A stretch of 64,000 bases of DNA from Bugula neritina (Eukaryota; Animalia; Bryozoa). Below the pieces are notes generated by a model. It did no database searches. It had not been told where the DNA came from and worked only from the letters and a program-made list of their open reading frames with translations. A program made the translations under genes and the position numbers. Positions 22,119 through 36,023 of the stretch are shown piece after piece; position 1 is the first letter of the stretch, and each line of letters opens with the position of its first letter. Location of the stretch: assembly GCA_964035545.1 (NCBI GenBank), contig OZ037766.1, positions 12,266,722 to 12,330,721 on the forward strand, read 5' to 3'.

Positions 22119-25100
22119 GTTTAAGGTCATGTTTTTCAGTTTCTGGCTCTTTGCCAGGTGCTTTACATTCTATATGAACAATGTTTCACTGATATCTCAA
22201 ACAGGTTGAATGTCATGGCAACAAAAAAAATATGAAAAAGTAAAGAAACTTATGTTCTCCAATATCCTTTTTTTAATTTTTTCAAACGCCAATTCATGTT
22301 TAAGTTATAGCTTGTTGAAAAACATTGTCCCCATTTCACATTCTTTCTAATTTATACGCTCCTGACTTGTATTGTATCTCAATAATATACTGTATTTGAG
22401 TGCTCGTTAGTCTTGATTCACTAACTTTGCTTATACTTTACAAGTGCCAGTGCTGCTGGCTCAAAAGCTACATACTCTGGCCTGTCAGCTAAAACCCAAT
22501 CTTGTATTCCTAGGTTAATTAGCCTAAATAAAACAATTGTCAAATCATGATTTCATGTTTTAGGGATCTTTTCTATTTCAACCTGCTGCCTAGGTAGTTC
22601 TATTTTCTTATCAAAATTTTTGATGTAATTACAGAATTAGTGTTACAGATTTCTTTGGCAACCATCCGAGTTATAAAATGCAGTAATGGTACCTATAATA
22701 TTATATTATCATCGTCATAATATATTATATAATATCATGTGTTTTTCATTATATTGCATAATATATATTTTATTATTGTTGTGCAAACAAGTGCAATTAA
22801 CCTAGTTTTAAAAATGTATCTCTGAATTATTAGAATATTAGTTTAGATATTTTCGTGGTTTGTTAGGTAAACCTAAAAAAAGAGGCTCTATTCCCAAAGT
22901 AAAGGGTGTTGAACAATAATAGATTTCTTGATTAGCCAGTCTGCTACCAAGTGCATCAGTATATTATATGAATAGCTGTGATGCTTTTGTCTTTGTCTAT
23001 AATTTTAATAGGGCAATTAAAATCTGAAATATAGAAAGAAACTTTCTCCAATGTTTTTCCAATATCAGTAGCTTTCCATCATGCTATGAAAAGGGAAACT
23101 AACTTTTCCAATTTTAAAGAATGCACATTCAGGATAAGCAACTCATGCCAAATTATGAGAATAAATAGTTTATAACTTGTTTTAGTTTTTTAATGCCACA
23201 CCCTTTCTACACTAAAAATAGATAATCAACAAGGCAAATTCCTCAAAGATACGAAGTTTGCACTCACAAAAATTAAAATTGGTTGTTTGTATGATAATGG
23301 CAATTTACATTAAATATAGTGTAGGCTATATTATGTAGCCATTCTGCAATTTGTAATAAAATTCTTATACCAATATTTTTAGGGTTCTGTGCATTTGCTA
23401 TATATGTACATTATGCTAAAGCAACATCTTATTTGTCACATCAACAGTTATGCTTTATATTTTCATAAATCTGCTGAAATGTCTTAATCGTAGAAATGTG
23501 CATCTTTTAAAAAAAGGTGAAGCTAGACCTAGATTTGTAATAATGTATATTTATGATGTAATGCTTTATATAGTAAAAAAAGAATAGGCCTATCATTTTC
23601 TGTTATCAATATAGTAGACAAAACTTTTAAGTTGAAACAAAATAAAATTTTTTAATGGTAGCTGTATGCCTTATAAGTAACTCTCGTATCCATGGTGACA
23701 GTTATTAGCAGCACCATGTTTTCTCATTTTGAAGTGTTGCATTATATGTCAAAACCTAGTTTTTGGCTAAATATGCAGATTCATTTTGCATTATATAATT
23801 ATGTATACACATTATAAAAATAATGACTGGAAATGTGTATTTTTATAGAAAACAGATGCATCTGAGCTGTTAATTTGAAGATCTTAATTGTTCGTTTAAT
23901 TTTGACGGTTTGGCAAACATTATTTGTACCATTCGCTTTTAAAAAAGTGAATTATAATATATATTATTTCTATAGCTCAACATTCATAAATTGCAAATTG
24001 CAATACGCTACGTTTCCAAGCCTCGTATTATGCAAATGAATTTTTCATTCAATGTTTGGAAACAGTTGCATCAAATGAAACCACAACGATAAGTTCATAC
24101 ATGCAAATGCATAATGCAAAGCAATGGAAAGGTATTGATATAAGGTGAACAGCTTTTCCTAACTCAGTGAATACAGTCTAAGCCCTAAGCCTTAAGGCAA
24201 ATGCACTGCTTGTTTTGGTGCCATTTCAGAAAGACGCTTCCCAGGTAGACACTAGGTTTTCCACATGGAGCTACTAATTTTTGTTGGTATGATATATGCA
24301 TTTTGTTTGGGGTTTGGGAAGTGTCTATAACTGGGATGAAACCCTTGTTTTGGGTACTTTGCATTTGGGATAAATTGTTAGATTATAATGTTTCTTGCAC
24401 CTAACCAGTTCCTCGAACACAAATTACAACGTTGGTTTGAGAACAATTGTCTTTTTAAATTGACTTTAAATAATTACTAATTTAACGTATGTCAAGAGTG
24501 TTTCACCAGAGCAATTTTGCAAGAAAGCAGCATGAATGTTTTACAAATGAAAATACAATGTAGGTATTGATCACAGTCAAATTTTCTATAAGTTGATGAG
24601 CAAAGAGCAAAGAACAGCATGGATTAGGATTGAGTGTAGATTCAGACCATGCAGCCTGCGATGTAAAAGATACTCATCAGAGCTGACTGATGCGTAAAAT
24701 GTATTATAAAACTACTAACTATACTCTTAACAAACTATAATAAAGATATTAATGCCCTCCCATTGGTTGATATCAGTTCCCATTAACGCCTTATTGGATG
24801 AGTATGCATATATTGTAATATCTTTGCAGCAGCAGATGCTTTTACATAAAAAGAGTTGTCTAAAATCTATTGCATTTGGCAAGATTTTCTCTTTAATTAA
24901 CTTGATTGTGCCAATTAGAGTTTGCAGCTCTACTATTTAATAGATCTTTTTTAAAATAACTACAAGAATTTGTTGCCTCATTTGCCAATAGGCATTTAGA
25001 TAAAAAAAATATCTTTTGGCACACTAAAAGTTCTTTATTGACTGGAAAGTTCATGATTACAGATTTTACCTCAATTATGTCAAACATATCTAAATAATAT

Positions 25101-26464
25101 TTTGCAAGGATATTAATGGCTTAGGTATTGTGTTTATAAAAAATATGTTATGTTGTTTTTTCAGCCCATCAAGCTTATACACTACTGACTACACAAACGA
25201 AAATCCTCAATAAACAATTTAAATAAAATCATATCCCTTCCATGTCTGCTTCAACACTCTCTATAATAATTACAAAAGCCTGTTTATATAAGTTATAAAT
25301 GTCTTGCATAACCTATTATCTTCACTATTTTGCCAAATTAAACAAAAACAACTGTAATAGTCTTTTTATCTAATCATTGATTGATTCTATTTTAAATTTC
25401 TTTAAAACACTTCTCAATAGTTAAAAGACCATAAATGAAATAAAAGGAAAGAAAGCAAAACAACATTAAAATGATCTCGTTACTTTTATTTCCAAATTAT
25501 AAGATATACTATGTCTTACTATATTTTAATATCATCTAATTCTGTACATATAGCTGAGTTTTTACTGCTTGGAATTGTGCCTAAACATAATTAGCAGTGA
25601 TTATGTAATTATTTTTATTTTATGCCAAGATGGAAATTTTAGCCTAGCAGCTTGAGCTTTTTATTTCTTGTTTGAAGGTTAGGTCCACACAGAATGATCC
25701 GGATATCTTGCAACCATTTTTCAACAGTGAAATTTTGAAAAGTTCTAAAATATCTAAAACTTTTCTTGAATAGAAAAGATCCTGTGTTTATTTTAACTAT
25801 TTAGGTTTCTGCAATTTTCTGCATCATATAAACTTATATGTCATCTACAAATTCTCCCATTTTTTATTTTTATTATATAAGGTTTTTTTAGCTAAGTGTC
25901 TCATTAAATAGACATGCAGGCATCTGACTTGTTTGTTTGGTCTGGAAATATACACAAATATTTTTACAGCTTTGAATTTCAAGTACTAAAACTAATCAAA
26001 ATCTAGAAAATTGAAGCAAGACATTCTGAAAGGTATTTGATAAAATACTGAAACTTCCAATAAGCTTGAGAACTCTTCTTTCTCGATCAACCATCTGTGA
26101 CTGGCCACCATTATTGAAGTGATAACTTTTGAGTTGGTTGCTGAATAAACCTGAAAACTTTAGAAATCCCATTTTATATACACCATGTCTACTTAGTCAA
26201 TAGAAATGAGGTCTCGTACATGAGAACTTCTCAGAGCGTTTTAAACATTCGACTGCTGTTATTGCATATTAGCAAAATTCATGAAAATAATGGTAACTTG
26301 TTATGCCTTAAAGGGCCATATTAATTCAAGTAGGGCCTGTATTCTTGCATAGTTACATTGACTAATTACATAAATGTAAAATTGGTCCAATACAGCAAAT
26401 TTAAACCTTATACAAGTTTTAACTAAAAGTAAATAAAAATGATCGTGATTTACTTTAGCCGGGT

Positions 26465-26630
26465 TTGCATATCTAACACGATGTATGCCTGTAGATTTAG
26501 CATGACACATGTCACTTAGGTCTGGCATAACACATGCCTGCAGGTAGCACATAACATATGCCTGCAGGTCTAGCATGACACTTGTCTGCAGGTCCAGCAT
26601 GACACATGTCTGCAGGTCCAGCATGACACG
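26465..26630. repeat. 24-bp minisatellite (CTGCAGGTCCAGCATGACACATGT)
   Basis: About 6-7 units decaying leftwards; produces the MLDLQTxV repeat of ORF 26301..26624. Confidence 0.8.
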
Positions 26631-28352
26631 TTTCAGCTAGGTCATGGGGTTGAATCTCAACAGGAAGAGTATTGTGCTATATGCTTGCTCTTGTGCGACA
26701 TGAAAGCGGCAAACTATAAATTAACAAGATGGAGTCTCCACCGAAGTTGTGCCATCATTGTTTATTTGTTTTCATACATTACAAAATAATATCCATTAAA
26801 CGAAATAACTTAGATATATTTTACAAGAGTTGTTTCTTACAAATCAGCTCCCTTTAGTAACATGACCTAAACGTAGATCAGCAGAAGTAGATTGCAGTTA
26901 TACTTGAATGTTTACTCTATCTGATAGCACATACTATTTGCAGCATAAGTTGTCTATCTATTAGAGTAAGCTTCAAGTCAACACAAAAAAGAAACTGTGG
27001 TGGTGGACGCCAAAACTACCCATTATATTGAATAATAAATACAGAATAAAATATGAGTTTGGGTCAGATTTATTTGAAATTATATAGCCCAACTATATTT
27101 TACATTTTGGCTCAAGACAAAACTGCAATTATTTTTGTGATGCATTAACTGCATATAACAGTGTGCTATGCGTTATATTCTAATGCATAGCACACTGTTT
27201 AAATTAAGCACCCAATAAAATGCACTTTATTCCTGGCACTACATTTAAAGTTTGCACACTTGAGAAGCTAAGTTATGCTAATGGTAGGCTTGCTATGACT
27301 CATGACCAAAGCATGCACATGGTGGGATGTGACAAGAAAGAGAGAGCATCACTACAAGTTTGTAACTCTGGTTAATGGCATCTTTTTGAAAAATACATCA
27401 ACAGTAAAAGATGTAATTTGTTTCTAGTAATATTATGTGGTAACCAATATCATTTTGATGTTTATAGAGGAACACAACTGTGTATAGCTGAGCCATAAGC
27501 CGTTGGTGGTTGTTGGCAAGGTTGCAACACTAGAGTATTTTATGTAATTGACTAAAGGCACACAAAGAATTGCATCATCACCATATAGGTACAAGCTCAA
27601 AAGAATCAAAGCAGTTTATTTTAGGTTCAGCAGCTATCGAAAATAAATTTACAACATAAATATACAAGACTGTAACTAAAACGCAAGTGTAAAATATCTC
27701 AGTATACTAATATGTTAAGACAATAAACATTTGATAATAATAAAATACAACAAAAAAATACAGCTAAATCATTTGGCCTGTTAGCAGGGCAAAAATAACT
27801 TAAATCTCTTGACACTGAAAATTATGAAAGCAGTAGTTAAAATATAGTTTACAACAAAATAACGAAGCCATTTGGCTTTACACATTGACAGTTAATATCA
27901 TTTGTTATACTGATAACTGTGTACCAAGAAAAGTTCTAGGAATGTGGTCTAGTATTTAATATTATTGAGATGTTTCAGTGCTATGATGGGGGAGCAGAAA
28001 TATCACAATCTTTAAAATCACAGGCTAATTGATCAATTTTTGCTTGTAACTGAGAAGGAGGTTGATCTCCAGACTGATGCATTAAAACTCTCTCTGTAAC
28101 CACATCTTGTTGTCTTAATCCATCTCGAAATAATGTTCTTGTTAGTCGCTGCTTCACCCAATGGACTCTAATAATAACAGTTCCATAGTAATTCAAACTC
28201 TGGCGCATTCAGTGTTAGCAGTGCAACCACCACACACTCTGTTAATGCTATTTTAGGAGAGTACATATAGTAAAGATTTCAGCCAGTTCATTGCCACTGC
28301 ATTCATGCTCCTTGGGGGTAAACATGGTACTAGCTCTGAGAAAGGGGCTATT

Positions 28353-28621
28353 CTACTCTAGTCTAAGAAAGAGAAGAGGTTTTATAGACATGAGAATATT
28401 ATTACTAGACTGCAGCCGACATCAAATCCAAAGAAATAGCAGCAAGTCATTGAAAGGTTAGAATAAGTTACTGCAAGTAATGAGATAACACAGGGTAATC
28501 TAAAAATAGTGTCACAGAAAGGTTCAGGCGGACAAACAGATCAAGTCATACAGTCTTTACCTTGTGGTACCAATATCAGCTCCAGCAACGTCTTTATTTG
28601 TTGCTTCTGTCGAGTCACCAG
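28353..28621 (-). CDS. Last two coding exons of the giant gene (...AGDSTEATNKDVAGADIGTT-RLE*)
   Basis: 28621-28561 (phase 1-2, donor AG|gtaaag) and acceptor ctctttcttag|A CTA GAG TAG at 28362-28353; AATAAA on the minus strand at ~27615-27620. Confidence 0.55.
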
Positions 28622-29153
28622 CTAAAAATGTGAATAAAATAAAATTACATGACACACATGAAGTTGGCAGCACCAGATGCAGTAGGAGTATTCAGATCAA
28701 AAGAGCAAGCTGTTAGACAATTAAAATGGTAAACATGGCAACTTTGGGAGCAAATTTAAAAAAAGTCACACATAGCTTTTTATATCAGTTAAGCAAGCAT
28801 ACATTTTTACAATGAAGAACATCTGCACTACATTACATGAACACCCGGGATAGCTGCAATCTACAATACACTGTAATTACAACATGCAAGATGCAACTCA
28901 TAAAATCAATAATCGAGACATGCAACTAAACAAGAGAATGCTGGGGATTTCAGCCTAACCTTTTTGCTGCAAATATTGTACATGCGTTGAGAGCACATCT
29001 ACCAACTACAAACCACAAAAGCTACAACAATGGGTTGAAAAAAAGAAACTGAAAAAGGCAAGCGGCGACAAACAAAAATGTCTCAAGCCAAAAGCAACTA
29101 CAGCCTCACAAGCCAACTAACAATTAGACCAGCCACAACATTGACAAAAGTAC

Positions 29154-32100
29154 CTTCAGAATTATGACTTCCAGTAGATGATGCTGGAGATTGACAACGG
29201 CTACTTCTTTGAGTGCGTTTAGCTTCTCTTTCAGCTTCAACATCTGCCATGGTGAAAACTTTTTGACGTGGTTCATATCGATAATCAGACTCATAAAACT
29301 CCTTTAGTCTAGTCGAATGACTAGAGCGGCTTGATGTAGTTGATCGTGTTTCATTATCACTATCCCCATTGTCTTTACTCAGTGCAAATGGGTTTGATGT
29401 TGATGGATAACTTTGGTGAAATGACATGCTCATAGAATCTTGATCTTTTTCTTTTTCGACAACTGCATTGGTATCAAATTCAGTAAAATCTGTGGCTGAC
29501 ACATTATCAGCATTAGAAGAATCATGGAGAGTAAGTGAGTCGGTACTGACCGTCATCGGATCAGATGACTTGGGCATCACTAAGGAGTCAGAAGATTCCG
29601 TCATCAAAGTTTCATCAGCAGTTTCAGATGACACTGAATCAACCATTACCTGATATGAAGACTCCGTCATTGGATCTACAGGAGACTCCTGCAGATAGGG
29701 CTTGTGAATTGCTTCACTGCTAAGTGAATCTATTGATTTTTCCATTACGGAAGGCCGCTCACCACCAATTGAATCAATAGACTTGACCATGACTTCATCT
29801 TGTGTATCACCTTGCAGTGAATTGTTGGAAGTTGAAGCAAATAAATCTTGCTCTCCAATATTACCTAATGAGTCGTTGGATTTGGTCATACATTCACCCT
29901 TGTCTTGTTTCTCATCAACAAGACTATCTGTTGATGTTTCCATTTCTTCACACACTGCCAGGTCCTGTGTAACAACTGGTTCATTCATCAGAATGCACAT
30001 TTTCTCTGGCTTCACTATTTTCTCGTCAGATAGATTTACTTTGTTGTCACTAGGTGAACAGCCATTGTTAGTTGTTGAATCTAGCTTATCAAGTTGATTT
30101 AATGGTTTATCTGCTTCTAGCTGATTGATGCTAGTGTCACGACCCTCATGAGGCTTATCACAATTAAATTCATCTAGTGTACTTGCTAAAGCTACATCCT
30201 CAAAGTTGTGAGTTAAGGCAGAATTAGCTGGAGCTGATGAAGCAACAGGGGAATTGCAACTCAAATTTTCTTGTTTAGCTTCATCTAATTGCGGTTCATA
30301 ACTACTTGACTTAGCATTTAGTTCTTCTAGGTGTTTCACAACTTTGTTTGCCTCCCGTTGAACTTCTTCTGACTCAGCATCCATTTCAAGTGATTCAAAC
30401 TCAAATAATGAACTATTAGAGTTAGCTTTTCTTGAACAATCTAAAATTTTGTAAGTATGCAACTGAGAATGATTATCATTGTCTACAATAGCAGCTTCCA
30501 AATGTTCAAACTCTAGCACTGAAGAGCTAATAGATTCTTGATCTCGGTCAATGGCTTTCCTGACTAGCCGATCACCATAAATTGAAGATCTTGGTGAATC
30601 TTTATTATGTGCAACATGACTTTCCAATTGCTCAAACTCAGCTAAAGATGAAGAGACAGATATGGCATCTGCATCGCGGATGTTTGAAAATTTTTGAATG
30701 ACTACAATTTCCGATGATGGCGTACTCACAGCTGATCTCTGGGGGCTATCAATCCGAGGAGTTGTGGGTTCTTGAACTAAAGCAGATTGCGAGTCGGTTA
30801 ATGGCAATGAGATTATTGGTAATTCAGGACCACTAATGCATGTAACATCAGACGTTATAGATGAAGTCATAGAGGCAATCTCATGAAGTCGATCCTCTGA
30901 CTCTTCAACTAATCCACCAGGGGCTATAACAGTATTATAGCTATCAACACTAGATATATCAGCATCGTCGTCAAAGCTGTTATCTTCAAAAGAGTCAATG
31001 GCAGAAGCCTGTTGAGACTGATCAACATAAGAGTTTTGAGGACTATTATTGGAACACATTTCTTCAAGGATTGTATCTACAAATCCTCGATTATCTTCTT
31101 GCTCAGAACTAATAGAACCTTCACTTTCAGATAACTCTTCAACTGCTGACAGCTGCCGATGCTGGTACAAAGAAGGTTCTTCTACATCAAGGATGGTCAC
31201 TTCATCCAACTCCGAAGAATCCTCGGTTAACAAGTTGTCATAAATACTGTTACTAGAACCAGAGTTACTACCCTCAGCAGGTGGAGACACTTCTTGACGA
31301 TAAAACTTGATGGAATCTGAAATGGCTTGAGAAACAATTTGAGAAACTAGATTGCTTTCATTCAGTTCATTTGTGCCATGACTAGAAGTAAAGTCTGTAG
31401 TAGCCTCAAAACTAACACTTCCAGGCACGTTGAAATTGTTTTCTTCAGAAGAAATATTTGTACTGAGGTCTTCATGAACTGGGTCAACACTGCTTGTTGT
31501 GCATGCTGTATCATTACTAGCTGGAGTGTTACCATCATTAGTAAACCTTACTGAAAGCTCCATTTCATCAATGGGACTTTTATCTAGCTCACTTGGATCA
31601 TATGTGAAAGGTTTTAAAGCTGTTGAACTTGCAGGTACATTGAAATCGTTTTCTTCAGAAGGAGTATTTGTACCGAGGTCTCCATGAAGTAGGTCAACAC
31701 TGCTTGTTGTGCGTGCAGTATTCTCACTGGCTGGAGCATTACCACCATCAGTAAACCTTACTGAAAGGCCTGCTTTATCAATTGGACTTATATCTAGTTC
31801 ACTTGGATCATATGTGATAGAAGGGTTTGAAGCTGTTGAACTTGCAGGTACGTTGAAATCGTTTTCTTCAGATGAAATATTCGTACCAAGGCCTTCATGA
31901 ACTGGGTCAATACTGCTTGTTGTGTGTGCAGAATTTTCACTGGCTGGAGCATTACCATCATCAGTAAACCTTACTGAAAGGCTTGCTTTATCAATGGGAC
32001 TTTTATCTAGTTCACTTGGATCATATGTGAAAGAAGGTTTTGGAGCTGTTGAAATATGACCTAGACCAAAATCAATTATGCTAGACAGTGGATCAACTGT

Positions 32101-33941
32101 TGATGGCAGGTGCACTGTTTCTACCCTACTAACTTCACTACTGGCATCGCCAATATTCTGAGAAAAGCTGTCAGAAAATACTTCATCTGAAACACTAGTT
32201 GAAGCAGTAGGCACAGAACTATCGCTAGAATCATGTGTGCTCTTACTGCTTGGCAATATGTCAGTCAACTCTCCAGTTTCCAAGACATAGCACGCGCCTA
32301 TCACACTAGTTTCTGCTGAAGAACATGGAGTTTCATTCAACTCATCCGTAACCGTTTTTGAACTTACGAAGGATGTTTCCAAAACATCACCAGCATCATC
32401 ACTTTCTACATCTGAAAAACTTAGCCTGCGTTCTCCTTCGGAAGAGATACCGGAAAAGCCCCCAAAAGACAATCGACCATGTGCTGAATTAAAACTAGGG
32501 CACAAAGTGGCATCACTAGGTGGTAACCCTGCAGCTTGTTTTACATCTGATGAAATATCCTTTTCAGAATTACACAGCGTATCACAGCCACCACCACAAT
32601 CTTTAGCATCTTCACCAGAACTTCCAAAATCATACGAGGTGCCACTATCTGTCATTATTTGTGGAGATGGAAAAATATCCTGTTTTTCAGTTATACTAGA
32701 ATCTTCTCCGGATGAAAGCTCTTGATCTGATAACATGACTTTGTCAGATGCAGTTTCTGCATCTAAATTAGCAGCACCTAATGACTCCTTTTCTCCACAA
32801 GTCAGCAAAGGATCAGCTGAAGGTGCTGAAATTTCGGCCTGCTTAGCAACAATGCCATCTGTAGAACTACTTCTTGATTGGGAAATGCTTTCTCCAACTT
32901 TAAACACTTCGTTTGAATTAGAATGTTGCTCCTCGTTTGATGCAAGTTCAAAATCTTCGTTTGCGGCTTGAGAGTGTATACTCATCAATGCATCATTAAC
33001 TAGACTTCTAGCTAGTTCATAGATGCTGTTGTCGGCGCTGGTAGGAGATTCAACAGGTAATCTATCTTCTTTAGAAGATATAGCTGCAGAAGAATTATCA
33101 TCAGGTAATAATATATCTCCATCAGCTTCAGAATTGCTTTCTATAGAACTTGAACACTCTAAGTGATGAGCCTTTTCATTTTTGTGTGAGATATCTTCAG
33201 ATGAGGACATCCCATCTGCTACCATACTACGACTAAAATCTTCTGAACCTGGCAAGTCACCCAAATCTTCTAACGGCTTTAGTTTTTCTGCATCGTGAGT
33301 ACTGTCCTCAGTACAATCATCAGTTTGCATGTCCTCATTTTCTTTGTCCGGCAAGAAAGTATTATCCTTAGCTAGACTGGACTCACCACTAACTTGATCA
33401 TCAGATAAAAATGAATCAATTTTTTCAGCAGCACGCAAATTTTCATAAAGTTGATCTAGTGAACTGTTTTTGTCATCAGAAAGAGTAGGTGTGAGTGATT
33501 TATCATCTTGGCTTAAATCCAAAAGCTCACTATGCTTTCCAAGTGATGGATTATCGACATCACCCTCTAATTTACCAGATTGTTCATTTTCTAACGAGCC
33601 TTGCACTTTATCCATTAGTTTTCCAATATAATTGTCAGCTTGATCATCAATAATGTTGAAATCTGGAATTTCTGAATCTTTGTCAACATCCTCAATTGAA
33701 TATATTGTTGATGGCCTAGATAAGTCATCGTATGAGCGATAGGTCTGTGCTGAGTCGGAGCTATTGCTAGTAGTTTTAGGTAATTTTCCAATACAAGCTC
33801 CTTGGACATCACAAACTGTTTTAGGAACTATTAAATCATGGTCAATGACGTCATGTTCGTTCGGACTAGCAGACAAAGTGTGATCACCAGAGGAGCTCAG
33901 CAATGTGCCACCACCAACCTCACAAGCATCAACACCAATAC
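29154..33941 (-). CDS. 4788-nt exon of the giant gene; acidic Ser-rich region with UNC-44L-like SSLxEFExLE and MxxSxDSL repeats
   Basis: Within ORF 29098..33996; acceptor atgcag|GT at 33941, donor GAAG|gtactt at 29154; length divisible by 3. Confidence 0.85.
31420..32045 (-). repeat. Three tandem ~70-aa coding repeats (FTYDPSELDKSPID..LSVRFT.DGN.PAS)
   Basis: Period ~210-213 nt inside the 4.8-kb exon. Confidence 0.85.
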
Positions 33942-34476
33942 CTGCATAGGTGAAAATATCCATCAATTTCCAGATAAAGAAACTAGTGAAACACAAATTG
34001 CAAAAAAATAAGATGGCTTCAGCATCAACCGCTAAAACTTATTTTACCCCAAATTATTGCAAAAAACTAAAGATTCTATCAACCACATGAGAATAAACTT
34101 GAGAATTACACCTTTTTAGACAGGTTTTCACCAATTTAAAACTCGCTTAATTTTTTCAATTGCTGATAACACAGAGTTCACAGTTATCAAGTTTTGTCAG
34201 TATTGCAAAGGTCAAAATTTAATTAAATTATTTAATTTGGGAATATATACACTATACAAAAATGGTCTGTAGATTTCCAGATTAAAACTTTACCAAGACC
34301 TAAACGAGGCAATTGTAATTTTTAAGAACAGAAATCAAACAACATAACCTTGATAATAATTTATAAAAACAAAAATGAATTATATTATACAATATTTAAT
34401 TCACATTAGCTTGATTGCATTACTTGATCTACCACATTGACTATCAACTGTCACAGGATCACAACAAAAAAATTAC

Positions 34477-35634
34477 CTCTCTGGTTGCTATCAATCGAAT
34501 CACTACTGTCTAAAAAGTAAAAATTATTGCCAAGGCCATAAATATTAGTATTAGAAAAAAGTTGAAAAGAAACCAAAAGATGAGGACATATACAGACTCC
34601 ATACCACCCAGTAGATGAGGATTGAAAGAGACACAAATGCTTTTAAATATTTTTCAACAGAAGTCACTCATTCAACATAACCTCGGTAGCTAGCCATGTG
34701 AAAATCACTCAATAGGCAAAACTGAGCTGTAACAATAATAATTAAACAGCTTCATAATATTTGCTGTAAAACCTTTATAGCAAGATTAACTAAATATTGA
34801 CTTACCAGACATCTCTGAATTGAGATTGTCGGGAGATGAGTGGTGCCTAACTTTATCTAAGGTTTGTAGTGACAGCTTGGAGAGATCTTGGTCCGACTGA
34901 GAGCGTTCCAACAGCGGACTGGCAGGATGTGATTTGACAGAGCAATCATCATCTCTACAACACCAAAAGAAATCACAGAATGAGTTCTGTTTATATAAAA
35001 TCATAAATATTGACTTTATGTGAAATGAATGAAATCATAAAAACTGACAGATATCTTAATATGAGATACCAGCGTTTATTTATGAAATATAAGGACAAAT
35101 GTAAACTGTCCACCACTGTTATTAAACCATTACAGTTGGAGTATTTGACTACAGGAAATGAGTTTCAAGCATTAAGATCCGTACTGTATTAGTATATGCA
35201 AACACATTTCTTGCTCCAAAAATTTACAATATAATACCAACAAGCTAACCATAATTAATTCCCTGTAAGCACTGCATTACAAAATCATTAGCACTAATGT
35301 CATTAGTGCTGGATATACTTAATGGTGGAACTACAAATAGGAAATTGGACTCATTTTAAATATATTTTCGAGCAAATGTGTTTGGTTCTCTATTTTAAAA
35401 AAGAACTTTGATAACTTGTAAAACACAGTTGGCTGCAATTACATATGACATATGCCTGGTGTAAGCAAATTTGAAAAAAGAACCTTGATGAAATTAGATC
35501 AAGTCCCGATTCATACGTGACATCTATGGGCGGCTCAGAGTGTTGTGACTGTATTGTGCTGGGCATTTCTTCAATAGTACCAAGGCCTCGCTGCTTGCAC
35601 GCATACCTGTCACCCTCGTCACTGCTGCTGTAAT
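34477..35634 (-). CDS. Three small internal exons of the giant gene
   Basis: 35634-35484 (or a shorter donor at 35607, both phase 2), 34954-34806 (RDDDCSVKSHPASPLLERSQSDQDL..., donor G|gtaagt), 34509-34477 (DSSDSIDSNQR). Phases chain 1-2, 2-1, 1-1. Confidence 0.65.
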
Positions 35635-36023
35635 CTGTGTATAAAACAATACCCTTTTTCTTACAACTGACTCAAGATAATGTAGATTAATAGCTTAAAA
35701 TAAAAAACATAATGGACATACATATAACAACATCTATTGCAAAACATCTATTGCAAGATTAGTGTATTAAATATAACAGTAGGGAAGCAGAATACGGTTA
35801 AGGTTTGGAGGAGTAACTCAATGCAGTCATTAGAAAGGGAAACTCTGTGCAAATAATTGATCATGCTGGACAAAATTTTCCAAGCTGCTGTAATAATATG
35901 ATAAAACACAAGTTGAATGGGGGAAACAGATGGCTTATTTAGGTAACTGCTTAAACTATTATTACAAAAGCTTGGAATATGAGAGAGCCAAGGAAGAAGG
36001 AGTATGTTAGTTAAATGAAGTAC

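Larger units (their letters stand above)
17046..25095. repeat. Right arm of the inverted duplication (contains paralog C plus insertions)
   Basis: Collinear inverted match to 9123-14548, interrupted by the solo LTR and a ~1.2-kb replacement at ~21765-23000. Confidence 0.9.

Noticed and set aside
26301-26624. ORF with MLDLQTxV repeats
   Set aside because: Translation of the 24-bp minisatellite.
28381-28409. Alternative last exon SLVIIFSCL* via ctgcag acceptor
   Set aside because: In frame but with a poor pyrimidine tract compared with the acceptor at 28362; cannot be supported without reads.
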